Positions 60,524-64,000 of a stretch of 64,000 bases of DNA are shown here, piece by piece. Source of the DNA: Gammaproteobacteria bacterium. GTDB taxonomy: Bacteria; Pseudomonadota; Gammaproteobacteria; CAJXQU01. Every line of letters begins with the position of its first letter. Position 1 is the stretch's first letter. Both the position numbers and the translations under genes were made by a program. The notes beneath the pieces are model-generated. The model made no database searches. It had not been told where the DNA came from and saw only the letters and a list, made by a program, of their open reading frames with translations. The DNA lies in NCBI GenBank assembly GCA_965238175.1, contig CBDEGZ010000003.1:1792001-1856000 (forward strand), written 5' to 3'.

Positions 60524-60937
60524 ATGAAAACAGTATTGAACTATTTATTTCTCTTTTTAAGTTTATCTTTATTGGTCGCTTGTTCTTCGCCTGACGAGGA
60601 AATAAAAGCAGTGGGAATTCAGTCGATTAATGCGGTTGATGCGTCGAAGAAATTTTCCGATAAAGAAGCTGTCATTATTGATGTGCGTGAGCAAGGTGAA
60701 TGGGATGAACAGCATATTCCTGGTGCCATCTTTATTCCGGTTGCTCAGTTAGGTTCGCGTTTGGCTGAAATTAATAAGTACAAAGATCGGCCTGTCATTA
60801 TGCAGTGCCATAGCGGGAGACGATCAGCACAGGCAGCTGTGCTGCTACATGGGGCAGGTTTTAAGGAAGTTTATAATTTAAGTGGTGGCATTTTGGCCTG
60901 GAAGCAGGCTGGTCTGGAGTTAGAGAAGAAAAAATAG
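60524..60937 (+). CDS. Rhodanese-domain lipoprotein
   Basis: Lipobox LVAC, DVRE..EW...HIPGA, CHSGRRS active loop and GGILAW. Confidence 0.88.
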   Translation: MKTVLNYLFLFLSLSLLVACSSPDEEIKAVGIQSINAVDASKKFSDKEAVIIDVREQGEWDEQHIPGAIFIPVAQLGSRLAEINKYKDRPVIMQCHSGRRSAQAAVLLHGAGFKEVYNLSGGILAWKQAGLELEKKK

Positions 60938-60984
60938 CCTGCAGTAATTTGGGGGTTCAAGCTGCTTAATTGTTATATCTTAGT

Positions 60985-62025
60985 TCAAGGGCTTGGATTC
61001 GGGTATTTCTGATGAATAGCTTCGATGCCTGCTAACACTTCTTCGCTTAGTGTGACATCTTTGCTGTCTATATTGGTTTTCAGTTGTTCCATTGTTGTAG
61101 CACCAATGATGGTACTTGTGAGAAAAGGACGAGTATTAACAAAGGCCAGTGCCATTTGCGCGGGATCAAGATCGTGATCTTGCGCCAGTTGTATATAGGC
61201 TTCGGTAGCATTGAGTCCTTGTTCTTTTGTGTAGCGGCTGAATTCTTTAAACAGCGTCAAACGTGCACTTTCAGGTTGTTGGCCATTTAAATATTTACCC
61301 GAAAGCACACCAAAGCCGAGTGGCGAATATGCTAGTAGACCAACATTTTCTCGAATAGAAACTTCAGAGAGTCCAATTTCAAAAGTACGATTCAGCAAGC
61401 TGTATGGGTTTTGGATACTGACGATTCGATGTTGTTTTTGATCCGCAGCAACTTGCAGATATTTCATGGTGCCCCAGGCGGTTTCATTGGATATACCGTA
61501 ATGTCTTATTTTCCCTGCTTTTACTAGATCGGAAAGTGCGTCTAGTGTTTCTTCTATTGGCGTAACTTCTTCATTTGGATCTGGTGTAAAACCTAATTTC
61601 CCAAAGAAATTAGTCGATCTATCTGGCCAGTGGAGTTGATAAAGATCGAGATAGTCGGTTTTAAGGCGTTTGAGGCTGGTATCAATAGCGGCTTCGATAT
61701 TGGGTCGATCAAGCCGGATCTTCATCTCTCGCATATGTTTGACCCATTCACCGCGACCGCAGACTTTTGAAGCGAGAATGAGTTGGTTACGATTTTTACG
61801 TTGCTGTATCCAGTCTCCAATGATGCGTTCAGTATCACCATTTGTTTTAGGATGGGTTGGAACAGGATAGAGCTCGGCTGCATCAATAAAGTTGATCCCA
61901 GCTTCAATAGCATAATCGAGTTGTTCAAATGCCTCTGCGGGAGTATTCTGTTCACCCCAGGTCATGGTGCCAAGGCAAATTTCACTTACGTCTATATTGG
62001 TGTTACCTAGCTTATTATATTTCAT
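60985..62025 (-). CDS. tas: NADP(H)-dependent aldo-keto reductase
   Basis: CLGTMTWGEQNT, DAAELYPVP, LHWPDR, SNET.WG and SIQNPYSLLNR motifs. Confidence 0.92.
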   Translation of the reverse strand: MKYNKLGNTNIDVSEICLGTMTWGEQNTPAEAFEQLDYAIEAGINFIDAAELYPVPTHPKTNGDTERIIGDWIQQRKNRNQLILASKVCGRGEWVKHMREMKIRLDRPNIEAAIDTSLKRLKTDYLDLYQLHWPDRSTNFFGKLGFTPDPNEEVTPIEETLDALSDLVKAGKIRHYGISNETAWGTMKYLQVAADQKQHRIVSIQNPYSLLNRTFEIGLSEVSIRENVGLLAYSPLGFGVLSGKYLNGQQPESARLTLFKEFSRYTKEQGLNATEAYIQLAQDHDLDPAQMALAFVNTRPFLTSTIIGATTMEQLKTNIDSKDVTLSEEVLAGIEAIHQKYPNPSP

Positions 62026-62144
62026 TGTTTTTCTTCAAAATGTACGTCAGGTTGTTGTAAGATCGTTTAATTAAACTCAAGTAAGAGATAGAGTATAGCG
62101 AATCTATTTTCTTGCCCAAATTTTCAAAGAATAATAATATATCA

Positions 62145-63185
62145 ATGCCACAATCAATAATACAAATTGCTCGTCCGGATGATTTTCATCTACACGTGCG
62201 CGATGGTGATGCTTTGAATAGTGTCGTGCCTGATACGGCAAAACAGTTTGCGCGGGCAGTTATTATGCCCAATTTGAAAATGCCAGTGACAACAGTTGAA
62301 CAGGCAGAAGCCTATCGTCAGGCAATTTTAACAGCGGCGGAAGGCTTTGATTTTGAACCTTTGATGACACTTTATTTAACGGACAAAACAACTGCATCAA
62401 CGATTAAATCTGCTAAACAATCTGGGATTATTCACGCGTTAAAACTTTACCCCGCCGGAGCAACAACAAATTCGGATGCCGGTGTTACTGATATCAGTAA
62501 TATTTATCCGGTTTTAGAAGCAATGCAAGAAGTTGGGTTGCCTCTTCTGGTGCACGGGGAAGTGACTGATCCTGATGTCGATGTTTTTGATCGAGAACGC
62601 ATTTTCATTGAAACAATTCTTATCAATCTTAGTCAGCAATTTCCTGATCTGAAAATCATCATGGAACATATTACGACCAAGGATGCTGTCGATTTTATCA
62701 TGAATGCTTCAGACAATCTTGCAGCGACAATAACTGCTCACCATTTATTGATGAACCGAAATGCTATTTTTGCTGGTGGGATTAGACCACATCATTATTG
62801 TTTGCCGATCCTGAAAAGAGAAATGCATCGTCAGGCATTGCTCAATGCTGCTGTCAGTGGCAATAGAAAATTTTTCCTCGGCACGGATAGTGCACCTCAT
62901 CCGCAAGGTGCAAAAGAATCTGCCTGTGGTTGTGCAGGTATATATACCGCTTATAATGCGATAGAACTTTACACCGAAGTTTTTGATCAAGAGAATGCAC
63001 TTGATAAATTAGATGATTTTGCCAGTACTTTTGGCGCTAATTTTTATGGTTTGGCAAAAAATAAAAGTACAATTACGCTCAAACGAGAACAGTGGCATAT
63101 TCCTGATTTTTTACCATTAGGTGAAGAGAAGGTGATTCCATTGAGAGCTGGAGAATATTGTTTGTGGAAGATGAGCGAGAATTAA
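62145..63185 (+). CDS. pyrC: Dihydroorotase (type II)
   Basis: [26 protein letters not shown] and GTDSAPH motifs. Confidence 0.96.
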   Translation: MPQSIIQIARPDDFHLHVRDGDALNSVVPDTAKQFARAVIMPNLKMPVTTVEQAEAYRQAILTAAEGFDFEPLMTLYLTDKTTASTIKSAKQSGIIHALKLYPAGATTNSDAGVTDISNIYPVLEAMQEVGLPLLVHGEVTDPDVDVFDRERIFIETILINLSQQFPDLKIIMEHITTKDAVDFIMNASDNLAATITAHHLLMNRNAIFAGGIRPHHYCLPILKREMHRQALLNAAVSGNRKFFLGTDSAPHPQGAKESACGCAGIYTAYNAIELYTEVFDQENALDKLDDFASTFGANFYGLAKNKSTITLKREQWHIPDFLPLGEEKVIPLRAGEYCLWKMSEN

Positions 63186-63817
63186 TTTCTGAAGGTGTTA
63201 ACGATACGAGGAATTTGATCAATTCCCGTTTCCGAGGATTTTTGCCCGTTGTTATCGACGTGGAAACAGCAGGATTTAATTCCGAAACAGACGCGTTACT
63301 TGAAGTTGCGGCCGTTATTTTGGATTGTGATCAAGAGCAGGGTTGGCATCCTGTTCAAACAGTATCAAGCCATGTTGTTCCTTTTGAAGGAGCGAACCTT
63401 GATCAGAAGGCGTTGGATTTCACCGGGATTGATCCCTACCATCCGCTAAGATTGGCAATGAAGGAGCCGGAAGCTTTGGGTAAAATATTCAAACCAATTA
63501 GAAAGATGGTTTCTGATTCTGGCTGCACTCGTGCAATCATGGTCGCCCATAATGCTGCTTTCGATATTGCGTTTTTGAAAGCTGCAGTTGAACGCTGTGG
63601 AGTAAAAAGAAATCCATTTCATTCTTTTAGCACTTTCGACACAGTAACGATGGCGGGTTTGGTTTATGGCCAAACAGTGTTGGCGCGTGCAATTCAAACT
63701 GCTGACATTGAGTGGGATGAACGAGAGGCACATTCGGCAGTTTATGATGCAGAAAAAACCGCTGAATTATTTTGTAAAATGGTCAATACTTTTGATCGAC
63801 TATCAGCAGAAAAATAA
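63158..63817 (+). CDS. rnt: Ribonuclease T
   Basis: [28 protein letters not shown] and [12 protein letters not shown] (DEDDh). Confidence 0.96.
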   Translation: MFVEDERELISEGVNDTRNLINSRFRGFLPVVIDVETAGFNSETDALLEVAAVILDCDQEQGWHPVQTVSSHVVPFEGANLDQKALDFTGIDPYHPLRLAMKEPEALGKIFKPIRKMVSDSGCTRAIMVAHNAAFDIAFLKAAVERCGVKRNPFHSFSTFDTVTMAGLVYGQTVLARAIQTADIEWDEREAHSAVYDAEKTAELFCKMVNTFDRLSAEK

Positions 63818-63827
63818 TAAATCATTT

Positions 63828-64000
63828 TCAGCTCCTAGTAATACGTTTTAATAATTCAATAGAGGCGTCAATTTCTACTTTCCTAATTGCAACACTCTCA
63901 ATATTACATCCGATGGGTATATTTTTCTCATCGGCAAAGTCTTTTAATTCGCGCCAGATCCGCTCTGACTTGTCGACGGATTTTTCTAAAATATCACTTG
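63828..64000 (-). CDS. 3' end of a CDS entering from outside the window (possibly an alternative-type methylenetetrahydrofolate reductase-like protein)
   Basis: Manual translation gives SDILEKSVDKSERIWRELKDFADEKNIPIGCNIESVAIRKVEIDASIELLKRITRS*. The family guess rests only on the G.N.ESV.IRK.EI.AS motif. Confidence 0.45.
   Translation of the reverse strand, partial: SDILEKSVDKSERIWRELKDFADEKNIPIGCNIESVAIRKVEIDASIELLKRITRS

Overview
64 kb of AT-rich gammaproteobacterial chromosome, mostly core genes: pqiAABC, exbB-exbD-exbD-tonB, purB, tesA-ybbAP, dapE, yciB-yciI-bolA, yciO-M50 protease-trpS-scpAB, tRNA-Arg(CCT), soxCD, sulP, apaH-comM-ubiK, an NtrC/sigma54-controlled porin-glnK-amtB operon, pqqABCDE (pqqA is missing from the ORF track), regBA, tas, pyrC and rnt. 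Accessory or unusual elements are interspersed. (1) A tightly coupled dam / PD-(D/E)XK nuclease / wHTH-TIR cassette is appended to bolA. This is the best candidate for an undescribed defence system. (2) A five-gene cassette (beta-barrel, FMN-binding protein, two membrane proteins, beta-barrel) follows a Fur-like box and has no apbE. (3) A PhoX-like beta-propeller is paired with a diheme cytochrome c. (4) A candidate RegA-controlled sRNA lies divergent from regBA. (5) A methyltransferase is flanked by a 195-bp duplication of the ybbP 3' end. (6) There is an intact IS481-family element with a 7-bp target duplication, plus several decayed remnants (IS982-like, VPLPA-CTERM tail, paralogue 5' end). 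No CRISPR array or rRNA was seen. All family assignments come from motif recognition by eye; no database search was run.
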